A stretch of 64,000 nt of DNA, taken from IMG/VR virus record IMGVR_UViG_3300037297_000328; one strand, written 5' to 3'. This document shows positions 19,073-28,089 of the stretch, one piece after another (position 1 is the first letter of the stretch; each line of letters opens with the position of its first letter). Source of the stretch: an uncultured virus (IMG/VR IMGVR_UViG_3300037297_000328). Lineage: Duplodnaviria > Heunggongvirae > Uroviricota > Caudoviricetes. A program made the position numbers and the translations under genes. A model generated the notes under the pieces. The model had not been told where the DNA came from, did no database searches, and worked only from the letters and a program-made list of their open reading frames with translations.

Positions 19073-20689
19073 ATGAAAAAATACTACAGCAAAATTAAGG
19101 TTGATAAATATGAAAGTATGCAAACCCTTGATTGGTATGCTACAAATATTTATCATCCAACGCAGCAGGACGAAGACGGAAAATTTAAAAAAGGGGCCTT
19201 GCGATTACGCGATACGCACCGCGAAATGTTTTCGGCATTGCTGGTGTTGCTTATTACGAAAACAATTTCCAGAAGAAATAAAATTAATGAATATAGCGAT
19301 AAATATATTCCTTATAATATAGAGAAAGGGTTGGAACTAAAAGTTCAACCCTACGAAATTAAGGCCATTATTACCAGGGGGCTTAAGAATGCAATAAGTC
19401 TTCAGACGACAAAAAACAGGATGGATAGGCTTGAAGAGTTAGGGGTTATTTCACGAAGATGGATCCGGAGCGAAGGAGTATTTTCCATCCTGTTTAATCC
19501 CCGGTTTTTAACAATAAAATGCGGAGAATCAGGAAAATTAATAAAGACCAATGATTTTGAAAATAACTCAGAATCAGTAGTATACAAAAGTAAAAATGAA
19601 AATTTAATAAATACTACTAAATATAAAAATAAAATAATACAGGATGAACCTGTTAACAAAAGGAATGTGCATTCGCACATTAATAATTCTTTAAAACCAA
19701 AACATCTTAAAAACCAAAACAAAACAGTGCAGAATAATTCTTTTGGTTCAACCAAAAATACAGATACTCCTCATGAACCCACCATTGCGGTTGAACGTAG
19801 TAATAGTATAACCAATGAAAAATTATGCCCGGAACTAGAGTCTTACAAGAAAAAAGCCGTAAATAAATTTTATGAGAAGTTTATTATGGCATTTTGGCAG
19901 CATTTGACCTCAATGTATTTAATTACACAGGCTCCAAGGCAAACATTGCACTATGTGGAGCAGGCTTATCAATCATTAATGACTGATGACTATTATTTTG
20001 GCGGATGCACCACAGAAAAACAGATAAATTATCAGTTAAACAAATTATTAAAGGCATTAAAAAGCACTATTAACCTGGTGAACGCCAGGAAAAAAGAAAA
20101 TACACGGTGGACAATGGATCACGTATATCCAAATCAATTTCTTTGTTTGCCGCCGGAAAAGGGTAAAATGCGTTTTAAAAATGCATTGCTGCATATCGAG
20201 GAATTTATGGCAATACATGATGAAATGGATATGCTTATTGAAAAACAGATGCAAAAATCGAGGGATAAAAAGAAAAAAAGCAGATATAATTATATCATTT
20301 CTCAAATTATAGCATGGATTATGCTAAATGCAAAAGAAAAAACGGTTTCACTTATTCGACAAGCAGGAGAATATCTGCGAGATATTCACCCAGAATTAAG
20401 CATGAAGCTACACACGGATTTTAACAATCCGTACCTTGTTAAAAAAATTATAAATGCGCATAAAACATTTGATTACAAGCTTATTAATGAGTGTTTTACT
20501 ACGCAAGCCCAAATTCAGGAAGAAATAAATAAACTATTGCCAAAAATGCAACAGTTAATTAGGCAAAATCGATTAACTATTAGTCCTAAAATGTTGATTC
20601 ATTTCAAAATCAGAGGTGATGAAATGAAACCAATCCCTAAAAAATATAACAAATATACACTAAACTTAATCAACAGGTTTTTACGTTAA
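19073..20689 (+). CDS. putative replication initiator / winged-helix protein
   Basis: ISLQTTKNRMDRLEELGVISRR wHTH-like segment, N/K-rich linker, helical C-terminus. Confidence 0.45.
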   Translation: MKKYYSKIKVDKYESMQTLDWYATNIYHPTQQDEDGKFKKGALRLRDTHREMFSALLVLLITKTISRRNKINEYSDKYIPYNIEKGLELKVQPYEIKAIITRGLKNAISLQTTKNRMDRLEELGVISRRWIRSEGVFSILFNPRFLTIKCGESGKLIKTNDFENNSESVVYKSKNENLINTTKYKNKIIQDEPVNKRNVHSHINNSLKPKHLKNQNKTVQNNSFGSTKNTDTPHEPTIAVERSNSITNEKLCPELESYKKKAVNKFYEKFIMAFWQHLTSMYLITQAPRQTLHYVEQAYQSLMTDDYYFGGCTTEKQINYQLNKLLKALKSTINLVNARKKENTRWTMDHVYPNQFLCLPPEKGKMRFKNALLHIEEFMAIHDEMDMLIEKQMQKSRDKKKKSRYNYIISQIIAWIMLNAKEKTVSLIRQAGEYLRDIHPELSMKLHTDFNNPYLVKKIINAHKTFDYKLINECFTTQAQIQEEINKLLPKMQQLIRQNRLTISPKMLIHFKIRGDEMKPIPKKYNKYTLNLINRFLR

Positions 20690-20789
20690 AAAAAGATAAA
20701 ATTATGGATATAATTTACAGAACAATAGGTTTTATTATTGTTCTGATTGCAAAACCTATATACTACCTTGTACGAAAAATATTTAAAAA

Positions 20790-21104
20790 ATGGAAAGACG
20801 AATAATTCATATTGACGAAATGGTGCAAATCTGCGGATATTTCACCACTGAAACTACTGTAAATAACGGCTATGGATGTAAACATCCCGACCAAGAAGAA
20901 CAAGATGAAGATTTATATACTGGAAGGCAACATGGCAAATGCTATGCATTCAATTGTCCACTTGCTCCAGAAGCAGATTTGCAGGACATGAAAGAATTGG
21001 ATCAGGAATTATATGATGAATGGAAGAATGAAGAATACGATCCTACCGAAATGGGCGGTAATTATTTGGTAGTTGATGAGAGTGTTTTGAGAAATGCATT
21101 TTAA
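20790..21104 (+). CDS. Cys-containing hypothetical protein
   Basis: CGYF...NNGYGCKHP...GKCYAFNCPLA; stop in TAAC. Confidence 0.65.
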   Translation: MERRIIHIDEMVQICGYFTTETTVNNGYGCKHPDQEEQDEDLYTGRQHGKCYAFNCPLAPEADLQDMKELDQELYDEWKNEEYDPTEMGGNYLVVDESVLRNAF

Positions 21105-21179
21105 CTCTGAGTTAGACAGCTTTTAAATGCTATTTAACGGTTTGGCTAAGAAGCGTATAGGCAACGTAATACTTAATAA

Positions 21180-21410
21180 ATGGAAAGAATAATAGAATTT
21201 TTGACAAAAAACGGATACAAAGAAGAAACAGAAAGAGGAGCCGAATACAGAAGTTTCTTTAAAGATGGATTAAGCTCCATTGATGTAAATAATGATGAAA
21301 TAGTATTCATTGGGGATAAAGGCGACTGGCTTCATATACCTGTGAATTACTATGCTTTGATTGGCGCATTATTACACCACAGGCAATTGGCGACTAATTA
21401 TGTAGCCTAA
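21180..21410 (+). CDS. cassette hypothetical protein
   Basis: Flanked by taggcaacgtaat / attatgtagcctaac. Confidence 0.65.
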   Translation: MERIIEFLTKNGYKEETERGAEYRSFFKDGLSSIDVNNDEIVFIGDKGDWLHIPVNYYALIGALLHHRQLATNYVA

Positions 21411-21457
21411 CGGTGATAATAAACCGTCGTTTTAATGCGGTTTATTATGTGTTACCG
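21405..21457 (-). repeat. minimal attC-like site A4
   Basis: gcctAAC ggtg ATAATAAACCG tcgttttaatg CGGTTTATTAT gt GTTaccg. Confidence 0.85.
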
Positions 21458-21492
21458 GCTGACACGGATTATTAACAACAAAAGATTATTAA

Positions 21493-22332
21493 ATGAACGG
21501 ACTTAGCAATAACAGTTTTTTGAGCGTTGGCAAAAACGGCTTTGCCGAACTTACACACGGTTCACTTTTTAGCGGTATTGGTGGATTTGAGGAAGGTTCA
21601 GAGCTGGCAGGAATAAAGACTATTTGGAATTGTGAACTTGAAGATTACCAAAGTAAAATATTAAAGCAGAATTACAATGATAGCAAACAATATAGAGATA
21701 TTACAGAGGCAGAAATCACCGAAAGAGTTAGCATTATTAGTGGAGGCTTTCCGTGCCAAGACATTAGCGTTGCGGGAAAAATGGAAGGTATCAAAGGAAA
21801 GCGCAGTGGGCTTTGGAGTGAGATGTTTAGAATTATTCGGAACATTAGACCTTACTACGTCATCATTGAAAACTCGCCAGCTTTGCTTATTCGAGGATTT
21901 GAACAATTCTTATGCGACCTTTCCGAAATCGGGTATAATGCAGAATGGCAAGTGCTTTCAAACATCGCTTTTGGATACCCACACAAAAGAGAAAGATTAT
22001 ACGCTATTGCCTACGCCAACGAAATCGGATTACAAAGCGACATTTGCACAGATAGAGGCTTTAACTCGATATTTAGAAAGTGGACACCAAATCAAAATGA
22101 TGGATATTCTTTGTCAAAAAGGATTCACGAAATCGGAGCGTGTACAGATATTCGAAATGGTGATGGGTTTCAATCCTGGACACACAGAGTTGGGAGCATA
22201 GGAAATGCAGTAAACCCAACACTTGCCTACTATTTATTTGAATGTATTAAATATCATTTTTTAAAAAGGAGGGAAGAAAAAACTGTTATTGCGGACTTAC
22301 AGCAGATAACTCGATTAAATGTACCGGCGTAG
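21493..22332 (+). CDS. C5 cytosine DNA methyltransferase, alpha polypeptide (cassette gene)
   Basis: LFSGIGG, GGFPCQD, ENS, RER, GNAV; motif IX absent. Confidence 0.92.
   Translation: MNGLSNNSFLSVGKNGFAELTHGSLFSGIGGFEEGSELAGIKTIWNCELEDYQSKILKQNYNDSKQYRDITEAEITERVSIISGGFPCQDISVAGKMEGIKGKRSGLWSEMFRIIRNIRPYYVIIENSPALLIRGFEQFLCDLSEIGYNAEWQVLSNIAFGYPHKRERLYAIAYANEIGLQSDICTDRGFNSIFRKWTPNQNDGYSLSKRIHEIGACTDIRNGDGFQSWTHRVGSIGNAVNPTLAYYLFECIKYHFLKRREEKTVIADLQQITRLNVPA
21677..22201 (+). CDS. overprinted beta polypeptide of the C5 methyltransferase (M.EcoHK31I-like)
   Basis: 174 aa alternative frame ending FEMVMGFNPGHT (motif IX-like). Confidence 0.75.
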   Translation: MIANNIEILQRQKSPKELALLVEAFRAKTLALREKWKVSKESAVGFGVRCLELFGTLDLTTSSLKTRQLCLFEDLNNSYATFPKSGIMQNGKCFQTSLLDTHTKEKDYTLLPTPTKSDYKATFAQIEALTRYLESGHQIKMMDILCQKGFTKSERVQIFEMVMGFNPGHTELGA

Positions 22333-22339
22333 TGTTTGC

Positions 22340-22472
22340 CGGTAACGTTGAGCGTATGAGCCTGTTGGCGTGTTAATTAGAATTACAAACTTCAAAAAAC
22401 AGATATAAAATGAGTAAAGAAAATAAAGCACAAGATACCACTAAGCCGATGGCGTATGACGCATTGTTACCT
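22340..22472 (-). repeat. attC-like site A5
   Basis: Minus strand: AAC aatgc GTCATACG...CTCATAC gctcaac GTT, with an extra base in the first L box. Confidence 0.8.
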
Positions 22473-22784
22473 GCCGTTATTTTAGACAACGAAGGATATC
22501 CAACTGATGAGTTTTTAGAATTTATTAGAAACTATACACATGAAACAATGCCAATACTTGATTTTATTGAAATATTGTGCGATGGGTGGTATCATGGAAA
22601 TTGGGGATATAAGCTCCATCGAAAGTATGCAGGTAAGAGAAAGTTTGAATTACATACAGGTGGATGGAGTGGTAACGAAGATACAATATCTGCACTTATA
22701 AGTAACATTTGGCTTACTCATTTTAAGATGAAATACGTGCGGTGGGAGACAGGGGGACACTACTACTTTGAAATTACTTGCTAA
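22410..22784 (+). CDS. cassette hypothetical protein
   Basis: LHTGGWSGNE..I...GGHYYF; start inside A5. Confidence 0.75.
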   Translation: MSKENKAQDTTKPMAYDALLPAVILDNEGYPTDEFLEFIRNYTHETMPILDFIEILCDGWYHGNWGYKLHRKYAGKRKFELHTGGWSGNEDTISALISNIWLTHFKMKYVRWETGGHYYFEITC

Positions 22785-22788
22785 TGGC

Positions 22789-22918
22789 AGGTAACAGTTG
22801 ACAATATGAAATGTATGGGATTAAAAGCGGTATCCTATCCCGATACATTAATGATAATTAAAGGTAGTACCGTACAATTTGGCACTAACACCAGTATATT
22901 TTATATTGTGTGCTAGGC
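22789..22918 (-). repeat. attC-like site A6 (core mutated, GCT for GTT)
   Basis: AATATGAAATGTATGG...CCAGTATATTTTATATT arms. Confidence 0.7.
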
Positions 22919-22936
22919 ACTTTAAAAATTACGGGT

Positions 22937-23134
22937 ATGAAAATAGAAGTATCACAAGATTGGTTTAAGAAAGTGTTAATTGAAAAATTAAAAGAAATTG
23001 ACAAGAAATTGATTAAAGCAGATGAAATGACATACTCAGAAAAAGAATTAAGTGAGGATAAGATACACGATGTGTGGAGTGAAATTAGAGATTCTAATTT
23101 AGAGATAGAAGAACTTATTGAGGCATTGGAGTAA
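22937..23134 (+). CDS. small acidic cassette protein
   Basis: Flanked by 21-bp near-perfect complementary ends. Confidence 0.6.
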   Translation: MKIEVSQDWFKKVLIEKLKEIDKKLIKADEMTYSEKELSEDKIHDVWSEIRDSNLEIEELIEALE

Positions 23135-23144
23135 TTTTTATTGT

Positions 23145-23275
23145 GCCTAACGGACAGCGGTATGCACTGGCCGGATTAACTGGCAGAAAGTTTAATTAAA
23201 TGACAAACATTATGAATACATCGAAACCTAAATTAAAAGTACAAACCCCGGCTTGCGTATTACCGCATATTAGCG
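23145..23275 (-). repeat. attC-like site A7
   Basis: GCGGTATGCA.TGGCCGG...CCGGCTTGCGTATTACCGC; core ATT for GTT. Confidence 0.75.
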
Positions 23276-23562
23276 GTATGTTTAAAGTGGTGGCAAGCGA
23301 TGGGGAGTTTATATTTCCAAAACTATGCCCTTATTGCGGTGGTGATTTATTTTATAGAGGTACTGGATGGATTGAAGATGAGCGAGGGCAGTGGAAAGTT
23401 GATATGATGGATTGCGAATGTTCAACCATGCCAGACTTTGATGATGAAGAATGGGACGACTGGATGAATAACCATAGTGAAATGCCTTATGTGCATCAGT
23501 TACCAGTTGATCAGGCAGTAATGAAATGGATTAATGCGCGGTTTCGCTTTGCGATGGATTAA
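23200..23562 (+). CDS. zinc-ribbon cassette protein
   Basis: CPYCGG; start inside A7. Confidence 0.65.
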   Translation: MTNIMNTSKPKLKVQTPACVLPHISGMFKVVASDGEFIFPKLCPYCGGDLFYRGTGWIEDERGQWKVDMMDCECSTMPDFDDEEWDDWMNNHSEMPYVHQLPVDQAVMKWINARFRFAMD

Positions 23563-23567
23563 ATTAC

Positions 23568-23700
23568 CGCTAACGGCTGCGTTATGCGGTCGTTGCCGAT
23601 ATATCAAATTAGTAATAACTTAAATACGAGGATAAAATTATGAACACAATAAAAAATATCAACGAGGAAAAAGGCAATGCCATATTACCACTTGTTATAG
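23568..23700 (-). repeat. attC-like site A8
   Basis: cgctAAC ggctgc GTTATGCGGTCGTTGCC...GGCAATGCCATATTAC cactt GTTatag. Confidence 0.75.
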
Positions 23701-23873
23701 AGCGTTTTAATATTGACATTCCTTATACTTGCGGGACATTAAAGCGAATAGAATTTAAAACCACAGGGAACGATAAGGTAACTCATTCTTGGTTAGTCCT
23801 GCATGGATTAAAAACTGGAGCTGGTAAAGAATCATTGACCATACACTTAGGCAGGGCTTTAAATGCTCTATAA
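23640..23873 (+). CDS. cassette hypothetical protein
   Basis: Start inside A8; stop in terminal TAAC. Confidence 0.65.
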   Translation: MNTIKNINEEKGNAILPLVIERFNIDIPYTCGTLKRIEFKTTGNDKVTHSWLVLHGLKTGAGKESLTIHLGRALNAL

Positions 23874-23910
23874 CTACTATATATAAGATTAACTTTTTAA
23901 ACAACTTAAT

Positions 23911-24084
23911 ATGAACAAGAAAGGAATATCAACTTTAGGAAAATTTAAAAATAATCTTAAACTTAAAAATTATTCTGATAATACTATTAATATATATATA
24001 CACTATATCTCAGGATTTATTTTAAGCTTTAATAAGCCTGCTCTTCATATAACTATTTTAGATATTAGACAATACAATGCCTAA
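23911..24084 (+). pseudogene. truncated tyrosine integrase N-terminal (SAM-like) domain, IntI-like
   Basis: MNKKGISTLGKFKNNLKLKNYSDNTINIYIHYISGFILSFNKPALHITILDIRQYNA*, matching the L.L.NYS..T...Y.....F pattern. Confidence 0.7.
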
Positions 24085-24571
24085 ATACAATTATAATTAT
24101 ATATTATACCTTACTGATGGACAGAATAAACAACGATGGCCGGCATTTAGTAAGCTTACTGAACAAAAGGCGATAGAACGTTTTAAAAAGCGTATTTTTA
24201 ACGAACGTTTTAATTTTCCAATTGCCCGGATTTACATTAACAATAAGTTAATGCATTCATTTGTTCAAGGTGTAGAGGTTCCAGTGGGAAAAAGTGGGGA
24301 AAAGTGGTATGGACCAAATATTTCGGCATTTAAATTAAAAATGATATTGTTGGATGGTTCGTTTATTGGTCCGTTTTACAGTAATTCTCATTTAGACATT
24401 AAAATGCAGCATGATACGTTAATTAGTGAATATTGTAAAGGAAAATACAACCGAAAATTTATTTCAGCTTTGATTTACTATATTCAGGAATCGCAAGAGC
24501 AGCTTGCAACACAGATAAAATATAATATCAATACAAATAAATATAGTATTAATAAAAATATAAAACTATGA
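24077..24571 (+). CDS. hypothetical protein
   Basis: 164 aa ORF. Confidence 0.55.
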   Translation: MPKYNYNYILYLTDGQNKQRWPAFSKLTEQKAIERFKKRIFNERFNFPIARIYINNKLMHSFVQGVEVPVGKSGEKWYGPNISAFKLKMILLDGSFIGPFYSNSHLDIKMQHDTLISEYCKGKYNRKFISALIYYIQESQEQLATQIKYNINTNKYSINKNIKL

Positions 24572-25122
24572 TAACTTTACAATTTACAGAAAATTTATTT
24601 AACCAATTATTAGAAATTATTCCAATAAATATTATTAACAAATTGGACAAGGATAGCGTGGAGCATTCCGGCGTATTAGATATAATTTACGCACGTGATG
24701 GCGATAATATTCAAGTTACTAGTGATTTAATAAATCAAATCACTAATGCATTTTATGCAAAAGACGAGAAATCACTTGACTTGAAAATTGAAGAGCAATT
24801 AAAAAATATTGCAATATTTGTAAGCAATTATTTTAATTTCGATATAAACTGTCTGAAACTAAAATCACGTAAAAGATTATATGTTTACGCTCGATATTAC
24901 ACCTGGGCGCTGGCAACAAAATATATTGATTTTCATCCAAGTTCCGAAAGTCATTTTTTTGAAGTAATAGGGCTTTATTTTAACAGGGATAGGACACAGG
25001 TATTACATGCATTTAAAGAGTTAGAAAAAGTGAGAGAATTAATTAAAGGGTATGTAGAGATAAGAAGTGCCTACGTGTCTGATATTTTAGGAAAGAAATA
25101 TAAACTATTAAAAATTGCATAA
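24568..25122 (+). CDS. protein with DnaA C-terminal-like HTH
   Basis: KSRKRLYVYAR...IGLYFNRDRTQVLHA. Confidence 0.7.
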   Translation: MITLQFTENLFNQLLEIIPINIINKLDKDSVEHSGVLDIIYARDGDNIQVTSDLINQITNAFYAKDEKSLDLKIEEQLKNIAIFVSNYFNFDINCLKLKSRKRLYVYARYYTWALATKYIDFHPSSESHFFEVIGLYFNRDRTQVLHAFKELEKVRELIKGYVEIRSAYVSDILGKKYKLLKIA

Positions 25123-25690
25123 TATGAAAGTACGTTATGATATTGTTAAAAAGAATGGCCGTAGAGAGCCATGGACAGGAATTTTTAAAAACGAAGAATT
25201 AGCAAATAAATGGTATCAAACACATGGGCAATTTTGGATAAACCTAGGCTATATATTAGCACCAGTAATACTACATGAACATATCTTAAAAAAATCAGCT
25301 AATAATAGTGAGAATATTAAACGTTACCAACGCAGTAATAAAAAAGGATATATTGTGCCTGCAAATTCTGTGCATGTTGATGCTCCGTCAAAATGGGCTT
25401 GCCCGTTAAAGCTAATGGGGGATACTATTTTTATAAATGCAAATCACCGCAGAAAAATATTAAGCCCTTGGGTTATTTTAAAAGAAAATGCTACAATGAA
25501 TGACTTGATTGATGCATATAAAAAATTATGGAGTAATAGAAAGTTATCAAATTATGATATGCAGCACTGGCAGAAAAAGCTTAAAGAAATGCCATTGCAT
25601 GAGTTAAAGGGAATGAATTTAGTCTCCTGGTGTAAATTGGACCAGCCAAGTTATGTTGATGTATTAATTGAAATCGCTAATAAGAAGTAA
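25115..25690 (+). CDS. DUF4326-like protein (degenerate motifs)
   Basis: VDAPSKWACP and LKGMNLVSWCKLDQPSYVDVL. Confidence 0.65.
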   Translation: MHNMKVRYDIVKKNGRREPWTGIFKNEELANKWYQTHGQFWINLGYILAPVILHEHILKKSANNSENIKRYQRSNKKGYIVPANSVHVDAPSKWACPLKLMGDTIFINANHRRKILSPWVILKENATMNDLIDAYKKLWSNRKLSNYDMQHWQKKLKEMPLHELKGMNLVSWCKLDQPSYVDVLIEIANKK

Positions 25691-25770
25691 AATAAACGGT
25701 CGGGTATTGGCTTTCGTTGCCTATGCTCAAATAACTACGAATGATTATTAAACGCTTAAAAATTAAATAT

Positions 25771-26103
25771 ATGAACACATTTTCACAAATAGTACAAGAC
25801 AATGAAGTTAATACCTTGTTACCTGCCGTATCATTTCAATTTTTATATCGAAAGAATAATAAGGAATTTTCACAGGAATTTGTTTCAAAGAAAAAAACAC
25901 TAATTGAAGCGATAGATGATTTTTTAACTCGGAAAGAGAATTTGTACGATATAGATGAAGAAGTTAAAGTTACCTATCAAGATGGTAAGCAAGAAATGGT
26001 ACAAGTTGATGCTCGCCAAGATTGGGATTCAAGTTGGTATTTTGTTCACGAAAATAATATTATTTGTGGCAATGGATATGCCTGTCAGCATAATGGCAGC
26101 TAA
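25771..26103 (+). CDS. cassette hypothetical protein
   Basis: Start inside attC loop; stop in TAAC. Confidence 0.6.
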   Translation: MNTFSQIVQDNEVNTLLPAVSFQFLYRKNNKEFSQEFVSKKKTLIEAIDDFLTRKENLYDIDEEVKVTYQDGKQEMVQVDARQDWDSSWYFVHENNIICGNGYACQHNGS

Positions 26104-26153
26104 CGGATACGCTTATATTTAGTGCTGATTTTGAAACAAAAAACTTCAATAGG

Positions 26154-26341
26154 ATGAAAATACTAATAGCTTGTGAGGAATCTCAAATTGTAACGAAAGC
26201 ATTTAGGGAATCAGGATTTTTGGCGTTCTCTAACGATATTATTGATTGTTCCGGAGCAAAACTTATGAAGGCATCGCACAAGCTATGGCGAACCAATGGG
26301 GAAAATTCCTTATGGAACGCAAACGTAGCATTTGTGCATAA
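26154..26341 (+). pseudogene. internally deleted phage cytosine methyltransferase-like gene
   Basis: N-terminus MKILIACEESQ...DIIDCSG joined out of frame to C-terminus RSKTYEGIAQAMANQWG. Confidence 0.75.
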
Positions 26342-26499
26342 CGGGTGGCCGTATGGTGGCGTACCGGATTTGAAAAACACAACTATCAATAAACAATGAA
26401 CTTAAATAGAAATCCAAACTTTCGCAAAGCACCGAGGCCGGTATGCACTATATGGCGTGTTACCGCCCGTTTTTCCCTTTGCGTCCTTAAATTTTTTAT

Positions 26500-27381
26500 A
26501 TGAAAGTAATAGTAGCATATTCAGGAGGTAAAGATTCTCAGGCTTGTTTGATTTGGAGCGTAAAACAATACGGAGTCAAAAATATTGAGGATGTTTTTTG
26601 TGATACTGGATGGGAGCATCCAAAAACCTATGAGCATATACAGACTACTACAAAAAATTTAGGCGTAAAATTGGTTACAGTTAAAAGCAAAAAATACGAT
26701 GGAATGGTTGATTTGGCAGAAAAGAAAAAAAGATTCCCAAGCTCACAAGCAAGGTTCTGTACTTCTGAATTAAAATCCATTCCATTTATCGACTATGTTT
26801 TGGAGCAAAAAGAACACTTAACAGTGATTCAGGGAATAAGGGCTTTAGAAAGCCACAACCGTAGCCAAATGCAAAAGCAATGTAGGTTTTTCAAATACTA
26901 TTTTGAGCCATATAATGCAAAAGGCAAAAAACATACATACAGGAGTAAAGATGTTAAGGAATGGGTATCCAAATATTCAGATGATATTTTGCGACCTGTA
27001 TTTGATTGGACAGGACAACAGGTGATTGATTATATAATTGAAAACGGACAAGAACCAAACGAACTATACAAGCAAGGTTTTAAACGTGTTGGTTGCTTTT
27101 CCTGTATAATGAGTGGACATAAAGAAGTATATGAAATTATAAAACGATACCCAGAGCGATTTAATGAAATTATTGAACATGAAAATAGAATTGGTTCCAG
27201 TTTCTTTAAAATAGATTTTGTTCCTGATTATGCACAAAGTGGAATTTGTGATAGAATCGGAAAGAAATATACAATTGGTGAAGATGTGAGAAAGTATTTA
27301 GAGGCTAAAAACCAAACAATGGATTTATTTGGTGAAGATAGCCCGATTTCATGTTCAAGTTATTATCACTTATGCGAGTAG
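26500..27381 (+). CDS. PAPS reductase-family protein (cassette gene)
   Basis: YSGGKDS, DTGWEHP, RFCTSELK, GIRALES, RVGCFSC. Confidence 0.92.
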   Translation: MKVIVAYSGGKDSQACLIWSVKQYGVKNIEDVFCDTGWEHPKTYEHIQTTTKNLGVKLVTVKSKKYDGMVDLAEKKKRFPSSQARFCTSELKSIPFIDYVLEQKEHLTVIQGIRALESHNRSQMQKQCRFFKYYFEPYNAKGKKHTYRSKDVKEWVSKYSDDILRPVFDWTGQQVIDYIIENGQEPNELYKQGFKRVGCFSCIMSGHKEVYEIIKRYPERFNEIIEHENRIGSSFFKIDFVPDYAQSGICDRIGKKYTIGEDVRKYLEAKNQTMDLFGEDSPISCSSYYHLCE

Positions 27382-27474
27382 CTCTTTGCGTCCTTAAATG
27401 GGCGGTAACGTGTTGTGTATTCGGTCATTGCTGTTTTGAAAGATAGTACAAATTTAGATTAAAGAACATAAGAT

Positions 27475-28089
27475 ATGAATATAAATACAGTTACAAAAAA
27501 GCCACAAGGCAATTCCGTATTACACGGTGTTAGTGGCAGTTATTCCTATGATAACCGATACTTGCATAGGTTTTTTAAAATGAATACCGCACCGCTGTTA
27601 ATGAGCATGAAAGTATTTCCGAATATTAAAGAAATAACCGAGAGTGTGGGAGCATTTGTGGCAATACAAGACCACTTAATTGATAAATATGTAAGCCGAA
27701 CAGATGAAGTTGATGTATATGTAGTAGGTGACGGACACAGCCCACGTACAGGTGCGTTGATAGCTTGCCTTACCAAATGGAATGTTAAAAGCATAGACCC
27801 ACAAATGCGTGGGAAACAATGGAATATTAAACGCTTAGAAACATATAAAAACAAAGCAGAAGAATTAAGCTTTGAAGGTAACAATAATAGTGCGGTGGTT
27901 GTTTGCGTACACTCCCATGCTAAAATAAGCGACTGCTTTAAAATGCTGCACGGATATTCGGAAATACATTTGGTTAATATACCCTGCTGCTTTAAAGCCG
28001 ATATCGATAAAAAACCTAATGTAAGTTACACCGATTTTGGCATACAAAGTGAAAAGCAAAAAGTTGACATCTACTTTAATTGCCACTAA
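27475..28089 (+). CDS. SAM-dependent methyltransferase-like cassette protein
   Basis: VYVVGDGHSPRTG, SIDP, HSH, IPCC. Confidence 0.6.
   Translation: MNINTVTKKPQGNSVLHGVSGSYSYDNRYLHRFFKMNTAPLLMSMKVFPNIKEITESVGAFVAIQDHLIDKYVSRTDEVDVYVVGDGHSPRTGALIACLTKWNVKSIDPQMRGKQWNIKRLETYKNKAEELSFEGNNNSAVVVCVHSHAKISDCFKMLHGYSEIHLVNIPCCFKADIDKKPNVSYTDFGIQSEKQKVDIYFNCH

Larger units (their letters stand above)
18106..24084. mobile_element. integron-like cassette array A (interrupted by 19073..21104), ending in attI-like site and integrase remnant
   Basis: Seven complete and one truncated attC-like sites; each cassette has complementary GTT.../...AAC ends. Confidence 0.8.

Noticed and set aside
24568..25122. 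Chromosomal dnaA
   Set aside because: Only a C-terminal-like HTH; no AAA+ domain.
26154..26399. Intact 81-aa protein
   Set aside because: Only the first 34 or so codons are family-like; the rest is out-of-frame read-through.
21451..27409. IS/MITE elements as explanation of the complementary ends
   Set aside because: No transposase or target duplications outside the ends; ends always contain GTT/AAC cores and abut a second palindrome with attC spacing.
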